From assembly GCA_020630675.1 (NCBI GenBank), contig JAHDIR010000001.1:89015-153014 (forward strand): a stretch of 64,000 nt of DNA, given 5' to 3'. The translations under genes were made by a program, and so were the position numbers. Shown here one piece after another: positions 40,743-49,024 of this stretch. How positions within the stretch are numbered: position 1 is the stretch's first letter; the number at the start of each line of letters is the position of its first letter. The notes beneath the pieces are model-generated. The model had not been told where the DNA came from, ran no database searches, and was given only the letters and a program-made list of their open reading frames with translations. This stretch comes from Bdellovibrionales bacterium (lineage in GTDB: Bacteria; Bdellovibrionota; Bdellovibrionia; Bdellovibrionales; UBA1609).

Positions 40743-41960
40743 ATGGCAGTTTATAATTTTCAGGCCAAAACAGTCGACGGAAGAGTTCAAAAAGGGGAAG
40801 TCGATGCAGAATCTGAATCAGAAGCCAAAATCAAGCTTAGGGCTCATCAGCTTATTCCGATTGCCGTAGTTTTAAAAGGTAGTAAAAGTGGAAGTTCCTT
40901 TTCGTTTCTTCAGAACACAGGAATTACACCTAAGGAATTGCAAACTTTTACACGGCAATTGGCTGTGCTGACAGGAGCTGGTGTTCCTATTGTTCAAAGC
41001 TTGGAGGCCTTAGCTCGTGGTGGCAGTGGTAACCCTAACTTAAATAAAGGCATTCATTCCATTTTAGCGGCTTTAGAGGCTGGAAAAACATTAAGCGCCG
41101 GATTAGAAAGTAACTCCCATATATTTGATAAAATTTATGTTCAGTTAGTGGCTGCCGGAGAAGAGAGTGGATCTTTAGATACAGTACTGAATCGGTTAGC
41201 CGAGTATATTGAAAAATCAAATAAGTTAAAAGGAAAAGTCAAAGGAGCTTTAGTTTACCCTGCTGTGATTCTTATTGTCTCTGGTTTAGTGATTACGGCT
41301 ATTCTTATTTTTGTGATTCCAGCTTTTGTAGAGTTATTTAGCTCCTCAGGTCAAGAGCTACCTTTTCTTACAAGGTTTGTGGTGGGTGCAAGTGATGTCT
41401 TTGCAAAATATTGGTATGCAATTTTGACGGTACTTATTGGCGGCCCCTTTTTGTTTAAAGCCTATGCCAATACACCAGAGGGTGAAAAAAATGTAGACTC
41501 TTTAATGATTTCAGCTCCAGTTTTAGGAACTTTAGTTTTGCGTTCTTCGATTGCTCGCTTCACTAGAACTCTTGCTATTCTTTTAGCTGCCGGTGTTAGA
41601 TTGGCCGAGGCATTAGAAATTGGGTCAAAAACCACGGGAAATTATGAGGTCGAAAAAATACTTAGGTCTTGTAAAGACTCTATTACTCAAGGGCGATCTT
41701 TTTCAGGTCCTTTACAGAAATCAACTTTAATTCCAGATATGGTTTCTCAAATGATTTCCATAGGAGAAGAGTCAGGAAATCTTGATGTCATGTTAAATAA
41801 AATTGCAGACTTTTATGAAGAAGAGGTTGAGGCCGCTGCTGATACCTTAACCAGCCTTATTGAGCCTTTTATGATGGTTTTCCTAGGTGGAATTATTGCT
41901 GTCCTTGTGATTGCAATGTACTTACCAATATTTAATATGGCAGGAACGGTGACTGGCTAA
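40743..41960 (+). CDS. pilC: Type IV pilus platform protein PilC (GspF family)
   Basis: 405 aa with two T2SSF repeats and 3 TM segments. Confidence 0.92.
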   Translation: MAVYNFQAKTVDGRVQKGEVDAESESEAKIKLRAHQLIPIAVVLKGSKSGSSFSFLQNTGITPKELQTFTRQLAVLTGAGVPIVQSLEALARGGSGNPNLNKGIHSILAALEAGKTLSAGLESNSHIFDKIYVQLVAAGEESGSLDTVLNRLAEYIEKSNKLKGKVKGALVYPAVILIVSGLVITAILIFVIPAFVELFSSSGQELPFLTRFVVGASDVFAKYWYAILTVLIGGPFLFKAYANTPEGEKNVDSLMISAPVLGTLVLRSSIARFTRTLAILLAAGVRLAEALEIGSKTTGNYEVEKILRSCKDSITQGRSFSGPLQKSTLIPDMVSQMISIGEESGNLDVMLNKIADFYEEEVEAAADTLTSLIEPFMMVFLGGIIAVLVIAMYLPIFNMAGTVTG

Positions 41961-43600
41961 TGTCTCATTTGGAATTAATGACCTTAAAAAATATAGAAAC
42001 ACAACCGCGAGAGATTTTTAAATCTAACCGATTGTATACCATTCATTTTGTTCGTTTGTCGTTTTTCTTTTTGGTGAATTTATTTGTTTATTTGTTGGGG
42101 TTTACACAGCATCAGTTCATAAATTCAAATTTTACTGTCGCTTCAATGTCAGCCTTGTCTGTGGTGTTTCTGTCTTCCTCATTTACATTTATTTTTTGGG
42201 ACCGATTAAGTTCTATTAAACTATGGAATTTCTCAGTTATTATTTTAGATGCGATATGCGTTTGTTTCTTTATTCAGTTTTCAGACTTAGTTGCCTCTCA
42301 ATTTGTTTTTTTATATTTAGCCGTCATTATTTTTTCTGGGCTTCTTTTATCTCAATCAGAAAGTATCTTGATCTCCTGTTTGGTTTGTTTGCTTTTTAAC
42401 TTAAATATGGTGAGTGTTTTTGCTGTCGAAGAGCAAAATCTAATTTCTTTTCTTCTTAATAACCTTTCTTTTTTAATAACCTCATATTTATCCAGTAGCC
42501 TTGGTGTTCATTTGTCTAATGTCGGACTAGAGTTGCAAAAAAAAGAAACAGAAATTGAATATGTAAAAAATGTAAACTCCTTAATTGTGGAAAATATTTC
42601 TTCTGGAATCATCACCATTGACCGCTTTGGTCAAATATTTTCAATGAACGAGAGTGCTAAAATAATTTTAGGGCAAGATGGGGTTGGTAAAAGTATAAAA
42701 GATATTTTAAACCTTGGTGAAAAATTCAAAGAAGGCAAGGGGAGGTTAGAGACAACTGTTCGTATTGCTGATGATAAAAAAATTATTGAAGTGATTCACT
42801 CACCCTTAATTGATGGTGAAGGTGTAGATAAAGGAAATATTCTTTTAGTTCAAGACTTAACTCGAATAAAAAAGTTGGAGTATGCTGTTAAACAACAAGA
42901 TAAACTAGCGGCAGTCGGGCAATTAGCAGCTGGTATAGCTCATGAAATAAGAAACCCGTTAGCCAGTATTAGTGGAAGTGTACAGCTTCTTCAGGATACG
43001 GCAACAGACCCTGAAAACTTACAGTTGTTTAAAATTATTATCAAAGAAATTGACCGCTTGAATGACTTAATTACTGAGTTTTTAGAGTTTGTTCGGCCAG
43101 ATAATGTAAACGAAGAACCAATGAGTTTAAATCATCTTATTGATGAAGTGACAAATATGACAAAAATGAATAAACAAATTCGTCAAGACGTAAGTCTTGA
43201 TACGCAACTTATGTCCCGTCGACTTATTCATGGAGATGCTCCAAAACTTAAACAAGCTTTACTTAATATTGTATTGAACTCCTATCAAGCCTTGACTGAA
43301 GTCGAGGTCGCCAAAATTTCCATTAAAACATATGATGAAAACGATAAAGTTGTTCTTGTAATTTCCGATACAGGAGTAGGTATAAAATCAGAAACGTTAG
43401 ATAAAATTTTTGAGCCTTTTCACACCACTAAGACCAAAGGTACAGGGTTAGGATTAGCAGTGACTCATAAAATTTTAGAAAATCACAAAGCTGAGGTTTA
43501 TGTCGAAAGTGAAGTAGGAAAAGGAACGCAATTTAGCATTTCTTTTCCAGCAAAGGGAAATAATGATCCCATTGAAGATAAAATTAAGAAAATAGCCTAA
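41960..43600 (+). CDS. pilS: PilS-like sensor histidine kinase
   Basis: Six N-terminal TM helices, a PAS domain, HisKA (GIAHEIRNPLASI) and HATPase_c. Located between pilC and pilR. Confidence 0.85.
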   Translation: MSHLELMTLKNIETQPREIFKSNRLYTIHFVRLSFFFLVNLFVYLLGFTQHQFINSNFTVASMSALSVVFLSSSFTFIFWDRLSSIKLWNFSVIILDAICVCFFIQFSDLVASQFVFLYLAVIIFSGLLLSQSESILISCLVCLLFNLNMVSVFAVEEQNLISFLLNNLSFLITSYLSSSLGVHLSNVGLELQKKETEIEYVKNVNSLIVENISSGIITIDRFGQIFSMNESAKIILGQDGVGKSIKDILNLGEKFKEGKGRLETTVRIADDKKIIEVIHSPLIDGEGVDKGNILLVQDLTRIKKLEYAVKQQDKLAAVGQLAAGIAHEIRNPLASISGSVQLLQDTATDPENLQLFKIIIKEIDRLNDLITEFLEFVRPDNVNEEPMSLNHLIDEVTNMTKMNKQIRQDVSLDTQLMSRRLIHGDAPKLKQALLNIVLNSYQALTEVEVAKISIKTYDENDKVVLVISDTGVGIKSETLDKIFEPFHTTKTKGTGLGLAVTHKILENHKAEVYVESEVGKGTQFSISFPAKGNNDPIEDKIKKIA

Positions 43601-43644
43601 CTCAATTTATTAAGAGTGAGGTCTAAAATAAGGGGAGCCCATAT

Positions 43645-45051
43645 ATGAAGCCAAGAATCCTAGTGGTTGATGACGAAGAATCTATAAGAGAGTTTTTACA
43701 GATAATGCTTCGTAAAGAAGGTTATGAGGTGACAACTGCCGAGGATGGTCAGCGTGCTTTTGACTTAACAAAAAAGAAAAGTTTTGACTTAATCATCTCA
43801 GATTTACAAATGCCAAATATGACGGGCATAGAGCTACTTAAAAATATTAAAGAGCAAGATCCAAGTATGTTATTTATGATGATTACAGCTTTTGGTACAA
43901 CAGAAACAGCTGTAGATGCCATGAAAATGGGAGCTTATGATTATATAACAAAGCCTTTTAAGCTTGATGAAGTTCGTATAAATATCGCACATGCTTTGAA
44001 AAGTAAAAATTTAGAGTCTGAAAACAGACAACTTAAACGAGTTTTGAATAAAGAGTATAGTTTTCAAAATTTAGTGGGTAACTCTGAAGTTATGCATAAA
44101 GTGTTTGATTTGATTCAGAGAGTTGCACAAGCTCCTACAAATATTTTAGTCACTGGAGAAAGTGGAACAGGTAAAGAGATGGTTGCTAAAGCGATTCACT
44201 TTAATGGACCTCTTAAAAATAATGCTTTTATACCAGTTAACTGTGGGGCAATTCCTGAGTCTCTGATGGAATCAGAAATGTTCGGACATAAAAAAGGTTC
44301 ATTTACAGGGGCTGTGAATGAAAAAACAGGTTTGTTTGAAGCGGCCAACGGAGGAACATTGTTTCTAGATGAAATTGGTGAACTTCCAATGAGTATTCAG
44401 GTAAAGCTTTTACGTGCGATTCAAGAAAGAAAAATTCGAAAAGTAGGTGGCGTGGACGACACAGATATTGATGTTCGTATTATTGCTGCGACAAATAGAG
44501 ATTTACAAAAAATGGTTCACGAAGGGACCTTTCGACAAGATTTATATTATAGACTCAACGTAATTAACATAAAGTCTCCTTCTTTAAGAGAACGAGGCGA
44601 TGATGTAATCATTTTAGCTAATCATTTCTTAGAAAAGTATAATGAAAAACTGGGTAAAAATATTACTGCTATAACTGAAGAGGCAATGGCAATCTTAAAA
44701 AAGTATAATTACCCTGGTAATGTCAGAGAATTAGAAAATATTATTGAGAGAACCGTGGCTTTAGAAGCTGGTAGTATGATTTTACCGGAAAGTTTACCTC
44801 CATTTGTAAATACAACTTCTGGACGAAAATTAGCATCAAGTCATGAGATTGAAATTGGTGATGATGGTGTCGATTTAGACAAAATTGTTGGGCAAATTGA
44901 AAAAGAACTTCTTATTAAGGCTATACACGCCTCAAATGGCGTAAAAAAGAGAGCGGCTAAGTTGCTTAATATTTCTTTTCGATCTATGCGATACAGAGTG
45001 GAAAAATATAGCTTAGGAAGCGCTGACGATATTGATGAAGAGGCCGTTTAA
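43645..45051 (+). CDS. pilR: Sigma-54-dependent response regulator PilR
   Basis: Receiver domain, AAA+ domain (GESGTGKE, KKGSFTGA) and Fis HTH. Adjacent to the pilS-like gene. Confidence 0.9.
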   Translation: MKPRILVVDDEESIREFLQIMLRKEGYEVTTAEDGQRAFDLTKKKSFDLIISDLQMPNMTGIELLKNIKEQDPSMLFMMITAFGTTETAVDAMKMGAYDYITKPFKLDEVRINIAHALKSKNLESENRQLKRVLNKEYSFQNLVGNSEVMHKVFDLIQRVAQAPTNILVTGESGTGKEMVAKAIHFNGPLKNNAFIPVNCGAIPESLMESEMFGHKKGSFTGAVNEKTGLFEAANGGTLFLDEIGELPMSIQVKLLRAIQERKIRKVGGVDDTDIDVRIIAATNRDLQKMVHEGTFRQDLYYRLNVINIKSPSLRERGDDVIILANHFLEKYNEKLGKNITAITEEAMAILKKYNYPGNVRELENIIERTVALEAGSMILPESLPPFVNTTSGRKLASSHEIEIGDDGVDLDKIVGQIEKELLIKAIHASNGVKKRAAKLLNISFRSMRYRVEKYSLGSADDIDEEAV

Positions 45052-45082
45052 TTCTTAACTAAAACTTTCAAAATAAATTTAC

Positions 45083-45113
45083 AAAAAGAGAAGCCTATGA
45101 GCTTCTCTTTTTG
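45083..45113 (+). terminator. Rho-independent terminator of pilR
   Basis: Perfect 12-bp inverted repeat AAAAAGAGAAGC / GCTTCTCTTTTT with loop CTATGA and a T-run. Confidence 0.85.
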
Positions 45114-45549
45114 TATTGCCTATGAGATAAAAAACCAACTTTCAGAAACAATTAATAAAAATCCGGCAACCCCTTTAAAAGTTGACCCTCAATGGATTGA
45201 GGATCGTTTTTGGACTTGGGTTCATTGTGCAGCCTTGAGAATTGGTCGAGGTGAATTTTTTGAAGTTATTGGCTTTCTAGATTATATAAGAGAAACAGCA
45301 TTAAGCCCATTAAAAAAGAAACAGCTTGGTATTGCACCCTTTGGAGTTAGAAGGATCGAGCAATATAGCTTAGAGTTTTCACAAAAATTAAAAAAAACAA
45401 TTGCTGCTCATAGCAAAGAAAGCTGCACTTCTGCACTTCAAGAAACTATAAAGTTGTATCGTGAGTTACGTTCAGATATTTCTAGTAGTGAAATTATGAT
45501 AAATGAGGCTGCTGAAGTAGAGGCTACAGTATATTTGTCTAATTTATAG
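45097..45549 (+). pseudogene. Probable 5'-truncated nucleotidyltransferase remnant (ANT(6)/Lnu-like C-terminal helical domain only)
   Basis: FWTWVHCAALRIGRGEFFEVIGFLDYIR resembles the helical C-domain of aminoglycoside/lincosamide-type nucleotidyltransferases. No NTase catalytic domain upstream (in-frame TAA at 45055). The ATG lies in the loop of the pilR terminator. Confidence 0.45.
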
Positions 45550-45611
45550 ATTGAGTACTTATGCCCTAAAAACGTTTTTCTAGACTTCCTCACATTCTTT
45601 CGGTAAAAAAC
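45550..45611 (+). repeat. Islet repeat copy R1
   Basis: ATTGAGTACTTATGCCCTAAAAACGTTTTTCTAGACTTCCTCACATTCTTTCGGTAAAAAAC, starting 1 nt after the stop of the 45097 ORF. Confidence 0.75.
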
Positions 45612-45615
45612 TCCT

Positions 45616-45978
45616 ATGTGGCATGTTAAGTCTGAAGATATAAAAATGAAAAGTACTCCATCAGGGGAACTATTCTCTGTCTTAGTTGGGAGACATGAGT
45701 CTACCGGTGCTGCTAAAGAACAAACTGTTGCTATCGTGGATGTCCATCAAGATAAGAAGTCAGACCCTCATTTCCACAAAGAAAGAGAAGAATCATACTA
45801 CTTTTTATCTGGGGTAGGAATTGCTAAAATTGGAGATAAAGAAGTTAATGTTAAAGCTGGAGATTTAGTTTTTTCTAGGCCAGGTCAGCTTCATGAGTTT
45901 GTAAATATTGGAAACACTGAAATGAAGTATCTTGTTTTTACATCACCACAATGGACCCCAGAAGACTCTCATTATTAG
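45616..45978 (+). CDS. Cupin-domain protein
   Basis: HFHKEREESYYFLSG...AGDLVFSRPGQLHEFVN matches the cupin_2 two-motif pattern. 120 aa. Confidence 0.75.
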   Translation: MWHVKSEDIKMKSTPSGELFSVLVGRHESTGAAKEQTVAIVDVHQDKKSDPHFHKEREESYYFLSGVGIAKIGDKEVNVKAGDLVFSRPGQLHEFVNIGNTEMKYLVFTSPQWTPEDSHY

Positions 45979-46242
45979 CTCTTCAACTTAAATAAGCATG
46001 GGCTCACGTTTAAAGAAGCGTCAAAGTTTTTTACGGGGCAAAGTGACTATTTAGAGGTTTATGACGACTCCAACTTTGAAGATGAAGACCGATTCATTGC
46101 TATTGGGCCTATTGTAAAAGGTCTTATAGTTGTTGTTTATGTAGAGAGAGACTTTGACACACTTCGAATTATCTCAGCAAGAAAAGCATCTAGAGTTGAA
46201 GCTAGCTTATTTAATGAGTTTAAAAGAGGTAAAAATAAATGA
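45979..46242 (+). pseudogene. BrnT/DUF497-family toxin fragment lacking N-terminus and any start codon
   Basis: Not in the ORF track. Reads LFNLNKHGLTFKEASKFF...DEDRFIAIGPIVKGLIVVVYVERDFDTLRIISARKASRVEASLF...*, with the KHG.xF.EA, R..AIG and RIISAR.A motifs of DUF497. No in-frame ATG, GTG or TTG. Its stop overlaps the antitoxin ATG (ATGA). Confidence 0.7.
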
Positions 46243-46523
46243 GAGAATTAAATAAAAATGATTTTAAACGTTCAATTTCTGGGCGCTTAAGGCGTAAAAT
46301 TGCTGCTGGTAAAATTGACTCAGGTAAAGAAATAGCTAAATTGAGAAAATTTGTTAACCTAACTCAAGTTGAGTTTGCTGATGCTATGGGTATTAGCGTG
46401 TATACTCTAAGAAACTGGGAGCAAGGTCGTCGTATGCCAGAGGGGCCGGCTTTAGCACTTATGCTTATAGCTGCTCGTCACCCGAGAATTATTCGAGCAA
46501 ACTTAGAGTCGGCAGCTTTATAG
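46239..46523 (+). CDS. XRE-type HTH antitoxin (COG2944/BrnA-like partner of DUF497 toxins)
   Basis: LRKFVNLTQVEFADAMGISVYTLRNWEQGRRMPEGPALALMLIAARHP is the typical HTH antitoxin pattern. Translationally coupled to the toxin fragment. Confidence 0.8.
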   Translation: MRELNKNDFKRSISGRLRRKIAAGKIDSGKEIAKLRKFVNLTQVEFADAMGISVYTLRNWEQGRRMPEGPALALMLIAARHPRIIRANLESAAL

Positions 46524-46528
46524 TATAT

Positions 46529-46590
46529 ATTGAGTACTTTAATCCTAAAAAATCTTACCTGGACTAGCTCACGTTATTTTGCTAAAAAAA
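46529..46590 (+). repeat. Islet repeat copy R2
   Basis: ATTGAGTACTTTAATCCTAAAAAATCTTACCTGGACTAGCTCACGTTATTTTGCTAAAAAAA, 6 nt after the antitoxin stop. Confidence 0.75.
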
Positions 46591-46631
46591 GCAATAAATT
46601 GAAATAGCTTTAATAGAGAGGGTTGATAAAT

Positions 46632-47183
46632 ATGTTTTTCAAAAAAAATACAATCATAACCTTGAGTTTATTTAGTTTTATAACAGTAACTCTAAGCTGT
46701 AACGAGCCGTCAGAAAAGCCATCAGCCAAAGAACAAGTAAATGGAGAAGCTAGCAATAATACTTCTGCAAGAAACTCTCAAAAAAATATTGAGGTTAAGA
46801 ATGGTGTTGTCGAAATAAAAGTTGAGTCACTAAAATTACATCTAAAAGTTCCCATCAAATCTTATTATGACTCAAAAACTGAGTCATCTCTCTTCTCAGG
46901 TAGTCAAATTGAGGTTATTGCTCCATATCAAGGAATGGTGGAGTTTCACGCAAATAAAAAAGGTTATACGTTCGATAAAAAAAAATCTACCCCCAAATTG
47001 AATTTAGCTAGTCCTCATAGAGTTAAAAACTTTAATTGGGGTGAAGTCTTCGAATGGAGCACGCCAACAATTGGAACAAATATATATAGTTTTTTATGCT
47101 TAAAAAAGAAAGATAGTTGCATCATAATTGGACCTTACTCCTTGGCAGGTTTTGATTGGAAAAATTTGAATTTTATCAAATAA
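46632..47183 (+). CDS. Hypothetical lipoprotein
   Basis: ATG 46632 follows GAGAGGG. Signal peptide with lipobox TLSC. No recognised domain. Confidence 0.6.
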   Translation: MFFKKNTIITLSLFSFITVTLSCNEPSEKPSAKEQVNGEASNNTSARNSQKNIEVKNGVVEIKVESLKLHLKVPIKSYYDSKTESSLFSGSQIEVIAPYQGMVEFHANKKGYTFDKKKSTPKLNLASPHRVKNFNWGEVFEWSTPTIGTNIYSFLCLKKKDSCIIIGPYSLAGFDWKNLNFIK

Positions 47184-47191
47184 CCATATAG

Positions 47192-47250
47192 ATTGAGTAC
47201 TTCTAACAGATCACTCTAGACCTAGATGACCAGCGTGTTCTTTATTATGC
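47192..47250 (+). repeat. Islet repeat copy R3
   Basis: ATTGAGTACTTCTAACAGATCACTCTAGACCTAGATGACCAGCGTGTTCTTTATTATGC, 9 nt after the stop of the 46632 ORF. Confidence 0.7.
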
Positions 47251-47310
47251 CCTTTGATTTATTTACCGCAAAAAGTTGAATTATTCTTCTACATAGATTA
47301 CTAGTCAAAT

Positions 47311-48216
47311 ATGAATTTAGTCTTTTTATTATCATTCTTCTCTTTATTTTCAGTGAGCTGCTCTATGAATCCAAAAAAAAATAGCACCCCAATCTCCTAT
47401 ATCGGTGGTAGCTCAGGTTTAGGACATATGTTAAAAATTAAGGCCAATGTTTCTGGACAAGAAACTATGCTTATTTTTGATACTGGAATTGGTGTTAATT
47501 TAATTTCAAAATCTTTATGCTCTAAATTAAACTGTAAAATTAAAGGCTCTGTTGCTGGAAAAAGAATGACTGGTCAAATCGTCACAATACCGATGTCAAA
47601 GGTTACGAATTTACAAGTTGCAAATAACAAACAGAGCGATGTGGATGTAGGTGTTTTAGATTTGGATAGTTTTTTACCAAAGGAGCCAGAGTTTGATGGA
47701 GTTCAAGGCTACCTATCTTTAAACTTTCTAAAAAAACAGCCTTTCACTATTGATTATGAAAATGGGATGCTAATATTCGAAACGGCAGAAGAGCTAATAA
47801 AGAGAACTAAAAATTCTGAAATAATTCCAATTACGAAAAAAACAAAGGGTCTGGCTTTGACTATTCAAATCCCTGTTAAAACCCAAATAGAAAAAGCCTT
47901 AAATATGCAATTAGACCTTGGAACCAATATTATGACGATTAGTAGTAAGTTTTTGGAAGAGCTTCAACCGCAATTTGATGTTAGAACTTTGAAGAAAAAT
48001 TCGATAGTTGATGAAACAGGGTTTAAGAGAGAGCGAGTTTATGTAGAGCTCAACGGATATGTAAGCCCGCTATCAGATAACTTGCTACTTCAAAAAAAAC
48101 CTACAGTAATGTTTCAAGATATTATTTATGATGGAATTATTGGAAACGATTTTTTTAAAGGTAGAATTGTTACGTATGATTTAGAAAATTCTCGATTAAT
48201 TATTAATAGGAAATAA
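47311..48216 (+). CDS. Retropepsin-like (clan AA) aspartyl protease lipoprotein, two-lobed
   Basis: Lipobox FSVSC. First lobe MLIFDTGIGVNLIS (D-T-G) and second lobe QLDLGTNIMTIS. 301 aa. Confidence 0.65.
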   Translation: MNLVFLLSFFSLFSVSCSMNPKKNSTPISYIGGSSGLGHMLKIKANVSGQETMLIFDTGIGVNLISKSLCSKLNCKIKGSVAGKRMTGQIVTIPMSKVTNLQVANNKQSDVDVGVLDLDSFLPKEPEFDGVQGYLSLNFLKKQPFTIDYENGMLIFETAEELIKRTKNSEIIPITKKTKGLALTIQIPVKTQIEKALNMQLDLGTNIMTISSKFLEELQPQFDVRTLKKNSIVDETGFKRERVYVELNGYVSPLSDNLLLQKKPTVMFQDIIYDGIIGNDFFKGRIVTYDLENSRLIINRK

Positions 48217-48220
48217 CATA

Positions 48221-48280
48221 CAAACAAATTTTATTTTCTAGACACTAAATATTGCGACATTCGATCCGTAAAACCCAATT
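48221..48280 (+). repeat. Islet repeat copy R5 (core-only variant)
   Basis: CAAACAAATTTTATTTTCTAGACACTAAATATTGCGACATTCGATCCGTAAAACCCAATT, 5 nt after the protease stop. Near-identical layout to R6. Confidence 0.75.
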
Positions 48281-48281
48281 T

Positions 48282-48377
48282 AATGAGTACTAGGCTGTAG
48301 TCGTAATTATAAGTTGTACAAGCCAAAAAAAAGCTAGATCACATTGAAGTGACCTGGCTGTAAAATTATTTTGTTAA
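48282..48377 (+). repeat. Islet repeat copy R8 (expanded/degenerate)
   Basis: AATGAGTACT ... GCTAGATCAC ... GACCTGGCTGTAAAATTATTTTGTTAA; the boxes are in the same order as R2/R4 but with extra spacer. Confidence 0.5.
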
Positions 48378-48449
48378 CTGTTTGGTAAAGGCCCGATAAG
48401 GCATGGGGCCTTATTTATGGGCCTCAATAGCCAAGGTTTTGATATCAGC

Positions 48450-48512
48450 AAAGGTGCCCCGCATCTTCTGAGACACAGATGGTTTTAAAAAGTGCGGAGC
48501 ACCTTTTTTATT
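48450..48512 (+). terminator. Long GC-rich hairpin plus T-run (terminator or 3' end of a small RNA)
   Basis: AAAGGTGCCCCGCA / TGCGGAGCACCTTT (one mismatch), 29-nt loop, then TTTTTTA. Preceded by a second hairpin AAGGCCC / GGGCCTT at 48388..48412. Confidence 0.55.
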
Positions 48513-48635
48513 ATAATAATTAATTGCAAAAAAAATATAAAAGCAATCAACACACAAGATATGATTACTAGTCTTTCGGGAAAATATGTCTCATTTATTC
48601 ATTTTCGTAAAAGATTGTAAAATTTGAATAAAAAT

Positions 48636-48692
48636 CAGTAATAAAAAATTTCTGGTCTAGAAAAAACTTGGCCAGAAATTTAGTATTACAAT
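48636..48692 (-). repeat. Islet repeat copy R7 (inverted orientation, 3' of the minus-strand Cys-rich ORF)
   Basis: The minus strand reads ATTGTAATACTAAATTTCTGGCCAAGTTTTTTCTAGACCAGAAATTTTTTATTACTG. Contains hairpin ATTTCTGG/CCAGAAAT (48648..48679) followed by a T-run, so it probably also terminates that gene. Confidence 0.65.
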
Positions 48693-48703
48693 ATTTCTTA
48701 ATT

Positions 48704-49024
48704 TTAATTTGGACATTTTACATAAGTATTAAAATATGTACACTCTCCAGAGCCTGTATTGTATCTCTTGCATACTTCCTCTTCGTAACATCCAGAATCA
48801 CAGCTATATGTTTTTGTAGTTGTATTAAAATATGTACATTCTCCGGAGCCGGTATTATAACGTTGGCAAATTTTTTCTGTTAAATCCCTATAACAATCAG
48901 AAGATTGATTAGATTCACTTAATGTACATAAATATTCAGAGCCATTTTTATAATCATAGTAACTGTCGGCATTACAGACTGCACCTAAGCCAATAAAAAA
49001 TATTAAAATTATTGTTTTTTTCAT
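48704..49024 (-). CDS. Small secreted Cys-rich protein with internal tandem repeat
   Basis: ATG 49024 follows GGAGGA. Signal peptide MKKTIILIFFIGLGAVCNA. The mature ~87 aa has 10 Cys. The unit C(Q/K)RYNTGSGECTYFNT occurs twice. Confidence 0.7.
   Translation of the reverse strand: MKKTIILIFFIGLGAVCNADSYYDYKNGSEYLCTLSESNQSSDCYRDLTEKICQRYNTGSGECTYFNTTTKTYSCDSGCYEEEVCKRYNTGSGECTYFNTYVKCPN
48726..48868. repeat. Intragenic direct repeat (period 96 nt) inside the Cys-rich ORF
   Basis: GTATTAAAATATGTACACTCTCCAGAGCCTGTATTGTATCTCTTGCA (48726) versus GTATTAAAATATGTACATTCTCCGGAGCCGGTATTATAACGTTGGCA (48822). Confidence 0.85.

Noticed and set aside
46558-46583. Sigma-54 promoter inside the repeat (CCTGGAC...TTTTGCT), attractive because PilR is adjacent
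   Set aside because: The GG-to-GC spacing is 20 nt in R2 and R4 rather than the required 12-nt register, and position -12 reads GT/CG. R3 lacks the GG altogether.
48255-48275. TTCGATCC in R5 as a tRNA T-loop relic marking a tRNA-targeted island
   Set aside because: There is no complementary T-stem or acceptor sequence around it. The R6 counterpart reads TTAATCGC. No tRNA gene was seen anywhere in the window.
48403-48471. 22-codon ORF (MGPYLWASIAKVLISAKVPRIF) as a type I toxin-like peptide
   Set aside because: The AAGG lies only 1 nt from the ATG, and the ORF is embedded in hairpin sequence. There is no support beyond hydrophobicity.
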